DNA from: Phormidium sp.
Lineage (GTDB): Bacteria; Cyanobacteriota; Cyanobacteriia; Cyanobacteriales; Aerosakkonemataceae
Length of the DNA stretch: 64,000 nucleotides
Assembly (NCBI GenBank): GCA_051013385.1
Contig: CP143273.1
Span: forward strand, 864,001-928,000
Direction of reading: 5' to 3'
This document shows, in pieces, positions 44,472-54,633 of the stretch (position 1 is the stretch's first letter; every line of letters begins with the position of its first letter). Made by a program: the position numbers and the translations under genes. The notes under the pieces were generated by a model. It saw only the letters and a program-made list of their open reading frames with translations, made no database searches and was not told the origin of the DNA.

Positions 44472-45302
44472 TTAACCAACAGTACGGGCTAACAAAACTG
44501 GACAAGGGGCATAAACTCGTACATAGTCAGATAGTGAATTGCCCAGTAAGCGGTCTAAGTCTGGGAATGCTTTGGCGATCGAAGGACGGCGATCGGGAGA
44601 ACCCAGCATCAGTAAGTCTACATTATTCTCTTCAGCCAGATTACAGATTTGTTCACCTGCTTTACCACTAGCAGTCACAGACTTGGTGTTAATACCCAAT
44701 TTCTTGGCTTCAGCAGTTGCGCTATCTAACACTGACGCAACAGAGGGGGGAGTCTCTTGACCTTTGGCGTTAACGTGAGCCAAAATCAATTGACTGCCTT
44801 TAATGTCGCGCAGGAGGAACAAAGCCAGCTTTAAGCATTGTTTGGCAGCGTCGGAAGCATCCAAAGCGACCATAACTTTGTTAAGTTTCTTGACGTAAAT
44901 ATCGTCCTTAACCAATAACATGGGACGGTTGGACAGTTGGAAAACGTACTGACTGACAGAGTTTTCCAAAATTGACTCTAGGCGCTTTAAGCCACGAGAA
45001 CCCATAATAATCAAATCTGCCCCCATTTCGTCAGCGACTTCGCAAACAATGGTTTTGGGATCGCCTTGTCGCAGCATGGCATTGACGTGGTTTGGGTCTA
45101 ATTGTAAAGTTTGAATCGCAGTGGCAAGAAACTTACCTCCTTCTTCCCACTTAGCTGTCATCTCATCGGCATTGACTTGCGGAGGTACAACGTGCAAAAC
45201 GGTAACTGAAGCAGGTTTAATGGAGGGAATTTCCATCAAAGCTTTTAGCATTTCTTCAGTGTGACCTGTTCCAGAGTCAGCCAGCAATATTTTTTCTATC
45301 AT
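44472..45302 (-). CDS. tandem-domain universal stress protein
   Basis: MIEKILLADSG; DLIIMGSRG; second USP domain; ATG at 45302. Confidence 0.9.
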   Translation of the reverse strand: MIEKILLADSGTGHTEEMLKALMEIPSIKPASVTVLHVVPPQVNADEMTAKWEEGGKFLATAIQTLQLDPNHVNAMLRQGDPKTIVCEVADEMGADLIIMGSRGLKRLESILENSVSQYVFQLSNRPMLLVKDDIYVKKLNKVMVALDASDAAKQCLKLALFLLRDIKGSQLILAHVNAKGQETPPSVASVLDSATAEAKKLGINTKSVTASGKAGEQICNLAEENNVDLLMLGSPDRRPSIAKAFPDLDRLLGNSLSDYVRVYAPCPVLLARTVG

Positions 45303-45391
45303 CTGTTTGTCTTTGATAGTAATTAAACTGAAGGGCAATGTCGTTTCAATAATTCACGATAGAACGATTAGTGACTTATCTGGCAAGTCTT

Positions 45392-46072
45392 TTACAAGCT
45401 GTTACAAAAAAGCTGTTTATTGGGGCTATCGGTTTTACATATAATCTGCAAAGAAGAGGACTCTTGAGACTCTTGAGACTCTTGAGACAATAGTTCTAAT
45501 ACCTGTTGTGCTTCTAAAATGCGTCCTTGGGATAGTAACAAATCTGCTAATTCCCGATAGATGTCGGCGGTTTTTACGCGATCGACACTTGGAACTGCTG
45601 GCAAAAATGACTTTTGTAAGGCGACAGGTAAACCGCTAATTTTCCCTCTTACTTGTTCAATTTCATTGATAGCTTGTTTATAATAAGTAATAGCAGTAAT
45701 TGGTGAGTTTAAGTCTCGATAAACCCGGGCAATTCCGGCGATAATGCTATAATCGCTATCGATGGAAATGGCTTCTTGGTAAAGTGCGATCGCTTGACTA
45801 TTTCTCCCTAATTTTCTAGGCAATCCTCCTAACAAATTTAAAGCTAAAGATGCCAGAATATCATCTTTTTGTTCTTTGGCTTTAGCCAAACTCTGTTGCA
45901 ACAATTCAATAGCTTTATTGCTAAAGCTTGCTGATAGAATTCTAAAGCCTTGGGGTATTGTCCGAGACTGTCGTAAACTGCCCCAAAATTATTGAGAGTT
46001 GTCCCTTCCCCTGTTTTATCTCCTATTTCTCGATAAATTGTTAAAGCTTGTTCTAAATTTCTTAATGCTTCG
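45392..46072 (-). pseudogene. fragmented TPR(-CHAT) gene
   Basis: TPR frame EALRNLEQALTIYREIGDKTGEGTTLNN.. shifts frame near 45920; protein-like sequence ends after EAQQVLELL in a 9-bp tandem repeat; no CHAT domain. Confidence 0.7.
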
Positions 46073-46278
46073 CTGAGAACTTATGCAAGTTTTTCGGGTT
46101 AAAGAAACCCGGTTTTTTGAAAAAACCGGGTTTCTGGGCAAATTTGGTAGACTACTAGAAGCACTCTCCCGAAACTTGGAGGTAGCCGAGTGACAAAGAT
46201 TCTGGAAGCCACCTACACTAACAGCAATCTGCTTTTAAGATATAATTAACAGAAACTTCAGTAAAAATATAGAAACGA

Positions 46279-46533
46279 ATGAAAGCCGTTGAAGTAACAG
46301 GAACTCTGGATGAAACTGGTCAATTATTGCTCGATCGCCCTATTGAAAATTTTCCCCCTAGTCGGGTGCGAATTCTAATACTTTTTCCCGATGTTTCTGA
46401 AGAAGAGGAAACCGATCCTGATGATACTCCGATTGAAGAAGTAAAAGCAAGTCTCAGGAGAGCATTAGAGGAAGCAAAAGCCGGACAACGCCTACCCCTT
46501 TCGGAAATGTGGTCAGGAATAGATGTCGAATGA
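46279..46533 (+). CDS. putative type II antitoxin
   Basis: C-terminal RRALEEAKAGQRLPLSEMW; overlaps a RelE-like remnant. Confidence 0.65.
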   Translation: MKAVEVTGTLDETGQLLLDRPIENFPPSRVRILILFPDVSEEEETDPDDTPIEEVKASLRRALEEAKAGQRLPLSEMWSGIDVE

Positions 46534-46654
46534 AACACCTTTAATTAAAGTCGATTTAACAATTTACTCTAAATCACAGCGAGAAGATATCAGTTATAAC
46601 GAAGTTCGCAGTATCTTAGCTGAATTGGATGTTCTAGAAGAACCTAAAGATTGA
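46523..46654 (+). pseudogene. RelE/HigB-like toxin with internal deletion
   Basis: MSNETPLIKVDLT joined directly to IYSKSQREDIS..; only 43 aa. Confidence 0.65.
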
Positions 46655-46709
46655 GTAATTTTTCCTTGATTTATCATATTATAAATCTATCTCTCACAAA
46701 TTTACTTCT

Positions 46710-47585
46710 ATGTCGGCTGGACAAAAACTACGTCAATTAATTGCACGTCCCGAAATTATCGTTATCCCTGGAATTTATGATTGTTTGGGGGCGAAAATTG
46801 TCGAACAATTAGGTTTTGAAGTTGCTGCTACTAGCGGTTTTGGGATTGCTGCTTCTACTCTTGGTTTACCTGATTATGGTTTTCTCACCGCAACAGAAAT
46901 GCTGTACAGTGTTGGCAGAATTGCCCAATCAGTAACTATTCCTTTAATTGCGGATATGGACACTGGTTATGGTAATGTTTTAAATGTGATGCGAGTAGTT
47001 AAAGATGCAACACAATTGGGTTTAGCTGGCATCATTTTGGAAGACCAAGAATGGCCTAAAAAATGCGGTCATTTTGAAGGGAAAAGAGTGATTTCAATGG
47101 CGGAACACGCCGGGAAAATTCGCGCCGCTGTGAAAGCGCGAGGAGACAGCAGTTTAGTTATTATCGCCCGAACTGATGCGCGGGGACCTTTGGGTTTAGA
47201 TGAAGCTTTGCGCCGTGGAAAGGCTTATATTGAAGCTGGGGCAGATATGTTGTTTGTGGAAGCGCCGCAGTCGGTGGAGGAACTGAGTGCGATCGCACAA
47301 AGCTTCCCCAAAACCCCCTTAGTTGCTAACATCGTCGAAGGTGGGAAAACCCCGCAACTTTCCGCATCAGAGTTACAAGAAATCGGTTTCAAAATCGCCT
47401 TTTTCCCCGTCACCGGACTTTTAGCCACAACTCAAATAATGACAGCTTGTTTCCGTCAGTTGAAAGAACATGGAACCACCGCAGATTTTACCGAATTGGT
47501 TCAATTTAAGGATTTCCAAGAATTCATCGGTATTCCCAAATATCGCCAAATAGAACAAGAATTCATTCCACTGGAAGAAGCTTAA
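46710..47585 (+). CDS. isocitrate lyase/PEP mutase family enzyme (PrpB/oxaloacetate decarboxylase-like)
   Basis: DMDTGYG, LEDQ.WPKKCGH, ARTDA. Confidence 0.9.
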   Translation: MSAGQKLRQLIARPEIIVIPGIYDCLGAKIVEQLGFEVAATSGFGIAASTLGLPDYGFLTATEMLYSVGRIAQSVTIPLIADMDTGYGNVLNVMRVVKDATQLGLAGIILEDQEWPKKCGHFEGKRVISMAEHAGKIRAAVKARGDSSLVIIARTDARGPLGLDEALRRGKAYIEAGADMLFVEAPQSVEELSAIAQSFPKTPLVANIVEGGKTPQLSASELQEIGFKIAFFPVTGLLATTQIMTACFRQLKEHGTTADFTELVQFKDFQEFIGIPKYRQIEQEFIPLEEA

Positions 47586-47773
47586 TGTAGGTATTAATGC
47601 TATATTAAAACAAAAGAATCACAATTTAACTAAAAATCGCTTCTAGCGCATATTTAGTCAAACTTGCTTTATTAACGGAAACTCAAATCAAACTTACCCG
47701 CTGATATCAATAATTTGATGCAGCTAATTTGGTGTATGGCTGATGCCGAAAACCTGCAATTAACTTACTTAAT

Positions 47774-48964
47774 TTGGGAGATAATAAAAACTTAGCTGTG
47801 AACAATAGAATAGCAAAAAATTGGTTAGTAATTTTGGGTTTAGAACTACTTCTTTCTTTACCTTTCAGTTTTGCTTTTGGTAAAATTTTGCCCATTGGAG
47901 GAATTACTTGGATATTTGGCGGTATTGCTGCTGGTGCCTTAACAATTTATACTTCGCGTTCTGCAAAATGGAACATTAAACCACACCCGATAGGCAGAAA
48001 AATTGGACAAGCTTTAGTGGGAACTGCGATCGGATTTTCTATAGCTAACGGCAACCTAGAATCCGGTTACTCACAATTACCAACCTTCCTATTTTTAACG
48101 CTATTTATCATGATAACTGGCGTATTTATTGGCTGGGTTTTCTCCAAAGTTAGCCACACAAACATCTTCACAGCTATGTTAGCCACAACCCCCGGTGGTG
48201 TAGGAATTATGTCCAGTTTTGCCGCTGAATATAAGAAAGATGTCGCTATAGTTTCCCTAGTTCAAATAATCAGAGTAACCAGCGTTGTCATTATTATACC
48301 ATTATTAGCCCGGTCAATAACTAACAGTAATGTTACTTCTGTAAGCAATTCAATCAAAAGTTTATTACCTACGAGTAGTTTATCTTTACTGTTGCTAATT
48401 ATCCTCTTAAGCTGCACATTTTTGGTAGTGCGACTAGCTAAAAAATGGCAAATTCCCACTCCTTTCTTCTTTGGTGCGTTAGTAGTAGGTACAAGTTTTA
48501 GCTATTTCTTAAATCTTGTACCATTTCTGCATGAGATTAACTTTACTCCACCTTATATCGTTAACTTAGTCGGTCAAGCATTACTAGGAATTAGCATTGG
48601 TGAATCTTGGGGAAACAATCCGAAAATTAAGAAAAGAACTATATTTTATGCTTTAATTCCTGTAAGCTTAACTATTGTAGCCGGATTTATTGCCGCTACT
48701 TTCGCCTGGGTGTTAACTCCTTGGGATTGGCTAACTTGTATGCTAGTCACCGCACCTGGAGGCGCAGCAGAAATGATCTTAGTAGCCCTCTCCTTAAATC
48801 ATAATGTGGAAATAGTCACAGCAGGGCATTTAATGCGACTAATTGCTTTAAACGTTTCTCTTCCTTTGTGGCTATTGTTATTTCGTTATCTTGAAGAAAG
48901 AGGGGCAAAAAACAATTACCTATTAAGAGGATTAACCAATGATCAATCAAGTAAAAGAATTTGA
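47774..48964 (+). CDS. membrane AbrB family protein (duplicated domain)
   Basis: Multiple TMs; two T.PGG...M repeats; start uncertain. Confidence 0.8.
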   Translation: MGDNKNLAVNNRIAKNWLVILGLELLLSLPFSFAFGKILPIGGITWIFGGIAAGALTIYTSRSAKWNIKPHPIGRKIGQALVGTAIGFSIANGNLESGYSQLPTFLFLTLFIMITGVFIGWVFSKVSHTNIFTAMLATTPGGVGIMSSFAAEYKKDVAIVSLVQIIRVTSVVIIIPLLARSITNSNVTSVSNSIKSLLPTSSLSLLLLIILLSCTFLVVRLAKKWQIPTPFFFGALVVGTSFSYFLNLVPFLHEINFTPPYIVNLVGQALLGISIGESWGNNPKIKKRTIFYALIPVSLTIVAGFIAATFAWVLTPWDWLTCMLVTAPGGAAEMILVALSLNHNVEIVTAGHLMRLIALNVSLPLWLLLFRYLEERGAKNNYLLRGLTNDQSSKRI

Positions 48965-49748
48965 TACTAAAGAATGGGTAAAAGTACGTTCCTCCCTGGA
49001 TGGGAATCAAACTTTTCTCACTTGGACGGGCTCAATTTACTCTTTTGTCCCTAATGAAAAAAAGAAACGTTTGTTTAACATTGTGGGGATGAGTGTTAGT
49101 AGATGTATTGCTAATGATGATGATAGTTGGGATTTTATTTCACGGGAATTAACTTATTATCTTGACCCGGAAACAAGGGAAATTTTGCATAAATGGCAAA
49201 ACCCTTGGACAGGGGAAACTGTAACTGTGGTTCATGTAGCTAATAGTCCGGTAGAAGGACATTTTAAAGGTAAATTTCCCGGACAAGTAAACGGGGAAAT
49301 TACTACTTTTGTCTTTGACTTATTCCCGAATTATCCCAATTCTTTAGCAAAAGAGGAGGCTTTTAGTGATTACAGTCCCCAAGAAACTTATCAAGCTGCG
49401 GAATTATTTAAACTGACAGTTCCGACTAAAGATTTAGAAAATCCAGACACAGTTACAGTGTCAGAAATGTTTATTGCTTGGGATAGAATCGGCCCTTGGC
49501 TACCTTGGATGAAAATGGGAAATAAAGCAGGTAATTTGATTTACAGTGCGAGTGGTTTGAAGGTGAAAGATTTTACTGATTTACCGCAATTACTGCAAGA
49601 TGAAATTAACACGCGAGTTCCTTTATATAAAAATGCGCCGAAATCTCCTTTAGATGATGATATGACTTCTTGGACGTATTTCAAAAAACATTTTACGGCT
49701 TATTTAGCTGGCGAGAGGTTTCCCATCCCGGAAGCGGAAGAACCATGA
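48939..49748 (+). CDS. DUF1838-like protein
   Basis: SRELTYYLDP.T.EIL..W.NPWTGE.V.VVHVAN; R..PWLPWM.MG. Confidence 0.7.
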   Translation: MINQVKEFDTKEWVKVRSSLDGNQTFLTWTGSIYSFVPNEKKKRLFNIVGMSVSRCIANDDDSWDFISRELTYYLDPETREILHKWQNPWTGETVTVVHVANSPVEGHFKGKFPGQVNGEITTFVFDLFPNYPNSLAKEEAFSDYSPQETYQAAELFKLTVPTKDLENPDTVTVSEMFIAWDRIGPWLPWMKMGNKAGNLIYSASGLKVKDFTDLPQLLQDEINTRVPLYKNAPKSPLDDDMTSWTYFKKHFTAYLAGERFPIPEAEEP

Positions 49749-49926
49749 GTGATGAACCAAGCTTTAATACATGGCTGAATTCCATTTTTGCACAAAAAGT
49801 GAAAGAATGGAGTTCTGACCTTACTGTATGGTTTAGATAGTTTAAATCATTGGTATGACAATAATTGAGAAGTTGTTAGAGGAATTATCGATCGCTTTTG
49901 ACAAACTCGCCAAAAAATAAATTAAA

Positions 49927-50961
49927 TTATTTTGCTATTAACGTCCAGAAGTAACCATCTGGCGCAACAAAAGAAAAGCTTTTTTCCCCAAATTCGTTAA
50001 CTTCAATTTCTGAAAATCTTTTTACATTACTTTCTTTAATTCTGTGAAAATACTCTTCAATATCACTCACTCGATAAGTGTATAAAGACATTCCCAAACA
50101 TCCCGGTTCTGATTTTTCAAAGCAAGTTTCTAATTTCATAGATTCAGGAAACCGAACTATATAAAGTCTACCAGAACGTGCAGCTTTAAAATCAGTTGTG
50201 GAAGAACGAGGATCGTCAAAAGCTGTAACTATAAACTTTTCTTGTGGTTGCAAATCAAAAAATTCTCTTCCCGCTTCGGAACTTTCATAAGTAGTTTCTA
50301 CATCATCTCTTACCCGCAACAAACCCAATGTTTCTTCATAAAAACGTAGAGTTTCTTTACTATCATCCTGAACAATGATTCCCAAATGAGTAATTTGACT
50401 AGCTTTGAAAGCTGAATTTTCATTAATCTTCCCGTAATCTGGCAAAGAATAATTGAAACGTTGAAACAAAACTTGTCGAGTTAAAGGTTGCAGTAACAGC
50501 ATTTCTCTTACCCCGATAGGTGGATCGATAAAAGGGCGAATTTGTGTATCTTTGTTATAGATCATTTCCCAATAGGGAAAAGTATATTTAATTGGTAAAC
50601 CTGCCTTAGCTGCCTCTTCAGAATGATTTAAAATATTCATTACATCAGCAGTTAATGTAGTTGTCCAACGGTTGCCTTTCACGTTCATTGATGTGAGTTG
50701 TAACCCTTCATTTTTCGGGTTTTCCCACTGCATTAAACGCACTAAACCGTGATCTGCATCTTGATGAAATAAGCGAAAGGAAAGTAACCCAGAATTAACA
50801 CCATATAGGTTATATACTTTTTGTGCTGATAATTCTCCGGTTTGTCCGATCGCATAACCAAATTGTCCCCAATATTGAATTAGAGGCATGGCATCCTCTA
50901 CTCCAATACCTACCTCATAAATTCCGGCAATTTTGGGAGATGTTTCCATAAATAGCACCAA
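49927..50961 (-). CDS. VOC/glyoxalase family protein
   Basis: EVGIGV, THLGI, FYEETLG, APDGYFW. Confidence 0.7.
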   Translation of the reverse strand: MVLFMETSPKIAGIYEVGIGVEDAMPLIQYWGQFGYAIGQTGELSAQKVYNLYGVNSGLLSFRLFHQDADHGLVRLMQWENPKNEGLQLTSMNVKGNRWTTTLTADVMNILNHSEEAAKAGLPIKYTFPYWEMIYNKDTQIRPFIDPPIGVREMLLLQPLTRQVLFQRFNYSLPDYGKINENSAFKASQITHLGIIVQDDSKETLRFYEETLGLLRVRDDVETTYESSEAGREFFDLQPQEKFIVTAFDDPRSSTTDFKAARSGRLYIVRFPESMKLETCFEKSEPGCLGMSLYTYRVSDIEEYFHRIKESNVKRFSEIEVNEFGEKSFSFVAPDGYFWTLIAK

Positions 50962-51033
50962 TGTTTGCTATAGATTTGTTGTCACATATTTTACTTGCCG
51001 GAGGTTCATAAATCTATAGTAGGGACACGGCAT

Positions 51034-51141
51034 CATCAATATATTGGTAATACCAAAAAATTAATCATGCCTTGTCCCTACAGCAAACATCAATATATTG
51101 GTAATACCAAAAAATTAATCATGCCTTGTCCCTACAGCAAA
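51034..51141. repeat. 54-bp perfect tandem duplication within a REP-like element
   Basis: CATCAATATATTGGTAATACCAAAAAATTAATCATGCCTTGTCCCTACAGCAAA x2. Confidence 0.9.
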
Positions 51142-51467
51142 CGAATAATAAATGGATAGTAATAGGGACGCTTGGGATTACGGTAAACTTTCATTATAGC
51201 GATAATTGGCATGATAAAACTAGCGATCGCCAATAGAAACAACAAAGGAATACCAATTAACATAAAAACTAGGAAGAAAAATGCGATCGCACACACATAC
51301 AGATTAATGTGAAAATTCAAAGATTCCTTGGCATTTTCTAGCACAATAGGATCTTCATATAGTAACAGAACAGCAATTGGTATAGCAATTGACACAATCA
51401 GAAAACTAAAAAAGACCGATCCATGACAGAGCATCGATAAAATTTTTCTCTGATCCTTGTTCTTCAT
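51132..51467 (-). CDS. DUF4870 membrane protein
   Basis: LCHGS, NAKESLNF, Y.YPFIIRL. Confidence 0.8.
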   Translation of the reverse strand: MKNKDQRKILSMLCHGSVFFSFLIVSIAIPIAVLLLYEDPIVLENAKESLNFHINLYVCAIAFFFLVFMLIGIPLLFLLAIASFIMPIIAIMKVYRNPKRPYYYPFIIRLL

Positions 51468-51585
51468 AAACCATCCTCAGAGCTAAGTTTTACCTATCAC
51501 CGATCATAGACTATCTAATTTTTTTGTTGTTATCAAACCTTAAAATTAGCGCTTCGCGGATTTGAGCTTTTACCAGTCCCAAAAT

Positions 51586-51745
51586 CCGCCTGCGAATCAA
51601 TTCGCAGGCTCATAGCGAAAGTCCTCTAAAGAAGACTAAATACTTAATAGGATTCAAAAGTTTTTAGTCCATTTTAATGGACTTGGGCTATTAGCCTGCG
51701 AATTGATTCGCAGGCGGGCTAAAAGCGCAGGTGCAAGATCTCAGT
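51586..51745. repeat. MITE-like palindromic element
   Basis: CCGCCTGCGAATCAATTCGCAGGC and its inverted copy; ends GGTGCAAGATCTCAG. Confidence 0.7.
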
Positions 51746-51763
51746 TAATAGATGTGAAGCCTA

Positions 51764-52045
51764 ATATCTCAACAATATTCAATTGAACAAATACCCGTAA
51801 ACCTCAATAAAATTATTCAGGAAGTCGAACAAGGTGAACCCGTCGAAATTACACGGGAAGGTGAACAAGTTGCGGTGATTATTTCCACTGCTGGATATAA
51901 AAAACTGCTGCATAAATCCCCAGGTTTTTGGGAATCTCTGCAACAATTTCGCCAAGAAATTATCGCAGAAGGTATCGAAATTGACCCTGATGAAGTTTGG
52001 CAAGATGTACGCGACAAGTCGATCGGACGTGAGGTAAATCTGTGA
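51764..52045 (+). pseudogene. Phd/YefM antitoxin with ATA in place of the start codon, followed by a toxin stub
   Basis: (I)SQQYSIEQIPVNLNKIIQEVEQGEPVEITREGEQVAVII...; GTGA overlap into MSRFL, after which the sequence is unrelated. Confidence 0.7.
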
Positions 52046-52159
52046 GTCGCTTTTTACCCACATTCCGCACCCTAAAGTGTCACACTACGAATTTTGGTCA
52101 ATTGACGATTTGGGACTAGTGGCTGGTCAGCTAATTTTAAGTATTTTAAGTATTTTAAG

Positions 52160-53347
52160 TTACCAGCCACTAGTCCCAAAGTATGTGAAAACCGATTGTG
52201 CCAGTTGAGGGTACTGTTCCCAACTTAAATTAATCGCCTCTTCCACCCCAAACTCATACCGCATCAAAGGATTCGCCGCAATTAAAGCCGCATGATCTAA
52301 TCGCTGTTTTTCCAATCGCCGCAACAACTTAGCCAATGACAAATTCGGCTGTAAATCGAGATAACGTCCTACTAATTCCAACGCCAAAGGCAAATATCCC
52401 AAAAACTGACAAAGACTTCTGGCAATCTTTGGTTCTTGTTTCAGTCGTTCTCTACCAAGAATCGATTTTAATAACCGCATCGCCGCCAAAGGTTTGAGCA
52501 CATCCAACCGTAACTGCTGCAAAGTTGAATCAAACTGAAATCGCGTCGTCAGCAACACTTTAAACCGAGATGATTTTGCTAAAAAAGGTTTAACTTGTTG
52601 TTTGTAATCAAACACATCATCAAAAATAAACAGCACTTCTCCCGGATGCCATTTTGACCAACAATACTGCAACTTATCTGCTAATTCCCAATCATCAGGA
52701 GGAACAATATTAAATTGAATTTCCGCAAATCTGAGAATTTGCAGTCCCGCCAAAAGTCCCTGCGCGTTTACCCAACAAATCCCACCGGGATAATCTAATA
52801 AATGTTGTGTGGCATATTGAATCGCTAACTCTGTTTTCCCTACTCCCCCCATCCCGTTAATCGCCGCAATTACCACTTGGCTATTTTTTTGTAAAAGTTG
52901 GTGTAATTCTGTTAGTTGTTTGTCTCTTCCGACAAATTCGATGGAGTTGCTGGGAGGGATGTTTTCGGGAGATCTTGCACCAAGGGAGGTGGAACCTCCC
53001 AGATCCTCGTTCCCAGGTTCAACCTGGGAACGAGAAATGGAGGCTCTGCCTCTTGGTGCAATATCTGAGTTTTCGGGAGTTGATGCCGCTTGTCCCTCGT
53101 TAAGAATGGGGGTAGTGGCTGTAGATTGTTCGTCTGTGGTGATTTCTTGCCAATCTAAACCCAGTTTCTCGCTAAATTCGACGAAATTGAGGTAATCTAC
53201 AGCTTTGCCGTTAAAGAACTTGCTAGCGGTAGCATAAGCTATTCCTGTGTCCGTTGCGAAAGCTTGGACGCTGGGAAAGCCACACCGTTTTAGGGCTAGT
53301 TTAACTTTTTCAATATGTTTTGGGGCAACTTTTAGCGATCGCGCCAT
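52160..53347 (-). pseudogene. HTH + NB-ARC protein truncated before its repeat domain
   Basis: FVGRD, GMGGVGKT, IFDDV, GYLPLALEL; ends shortly after LSWEQ in an inverted-repeat segment (about 52109-52180). Confidence 0.7.
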
Positions 53348-53563
53348 AACCAGATTTTCAGGGAATTAGTTATATTTTGGCATTGTTTGAGCGATCGGCC
53401 CAACTCCAGAAACCCAGAAACCCGGTTTCTCGAAGAAACCGGGTTTCTTTTTACCTAACCCAGCAAAGTTATACACAAGTTATATAAACGCATACATTTG
53501 TTAGTTTTAAACGCATTTACCAACCGAGTTTGATGATTTTAGAACATTAAACAGGTTAAAAAA

Positions 53564-53704
53564 ATGAAAGTCAATCAAAAGCAAAGCCGGGATATTATCA
53601 TTTTTTTAGTAACAACAATTGTCGGATTTATCGATCCGAGTTTTTGCACAGGGTTGCAAGTCTGCATATTAGTTTGGCAGTTGTGGGAAAATTGCGATCG
53701 CTAA
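53564..53704 (+). CDS. small hydrophobic protein (46 aa, not in ORF track)
   Basis: MKVNQKQSRDIIIFLVTTIVGFIDPSFCTGLQVCILVWQLWENCDR*; AGGT upstream. Confidence 0.45.
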   Translation: MKVNQKQSRDIIIFLVTTIVGFIDPSFCTGLQVCILVWQLWENCDR

Positions 53705-53848
53705 TCTCCCCATTAAAAAACCCGTGAGTGAGAAGAGAAGATTGGGCGGTTGAAACCGCATCTACACAAACGAAGTCCGCCTTCGCGGACTAAAAGTTAA
53801 GTTGTTGAATTGGTAGAGTATGGATAGAGGTTTTTGGAGGATTAATTT

Positions 53849-54088
53849 ATGTTGGGTTTCGATCGCATTACGTTTAATCCTAAAATTATGGCAGGTCAAG
53901 CTTGTATTCGGGGAATGCGAATTCCGGTTTCTTTAGTCGTAAATTTAGTGGCTAATGGTAAAACAGTAGCGGAAATTTTAGAGGAATACCCGGATTTAGA
54001 AGCAGAGGATATTCGTCAATCTTTGCTTTATGCGGCGTGGTTAACTCAAGAACGAGTTTATACCTTTACAACTGTTGAAAAAGTCTGA
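53849..54088 (+). CDS. DUF433 antitoxin
   Basis: RITFNPKIMAGQACIRGMRIPV, EEYPDLEAEDI. Confidence 0.9.
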   Translation: MLGFDRITFNPKIMAGQACIRGMRIPVSLVVNLVANGKTVAEILEEYPDLEAEDIRQSLLYAAWLTQERVYTFTTVEKV

Positions 54089-54450
54089 TGAAGTTTTTAG
54101 CAGATATGGGGATTTCACTACGCACAGTTGCTTGGTTGCGTAGTGCTGGTTATGATATTGTACACCTGCGGGATGAGGGATTACAAAGACTACCGGATGA
54201 GGAGATTTTGATTAAAGCCCGTACTGAAGGGCGAATTTTGTTAACTGTAGATTTAGATTTTGCTGAACTTTTAGCCGTGAGTGGTGAAATTTTACCGAGT
54301 GTGATTTTGTTCAGATTGGGAAATGAGAATTATCAGACTATTAATGAACGGATGACTGAACTTTTAAGTCAATGTCATCAAGATTTAGAGGCAGGTGCAA
54401 TTATTTCTGTGAGTAATGAAAGGTACAGAGTGAGGCGATTACCGATATAA
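54088..54450 (+). CDS. DUF5615 PIN-like toxin
   Basis: MKFLADM, LPDEEI, LLTVDLDF; TGATG coupling to DUF433. Confidence 0.88.
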   Translation: MKFLADMGISLRTVAWLRSAGYDIVHLRDEGLQRLPDEEILIKARTEGRILLTVDLDFAELLAVSGEILPSVILFRLGNENYQTINERMTELLSQCHQDLEAGAIISVSNERYRVRRLPI

Positions 54451-54519
54451 GTAAAAACTGGACTGGCACAAGTGGTACAAACTTATGTACCATTTGTAGC
54501 AGTCCAATCTTTGAAAGTA

Positions 54520-54592
<73 letters not shown>

Positions 54593-54633
54593 GTTTTTCA
54601 CCCGCTTAACTACTATAACAGACTCTCAAAAAA

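Noticed and set aside
46710..47585. PEP mutase / phosphonate biosynthesis
   Set aside because: Has the lyase-type KKCGH motif rather than the EDK....NS PEP mutase signature
51779..52063. Minus-strand ORFs 51779-52063 and 51817-52017
   Set aside because: Antisense to the plus-strand Phd-type antitoxin frame
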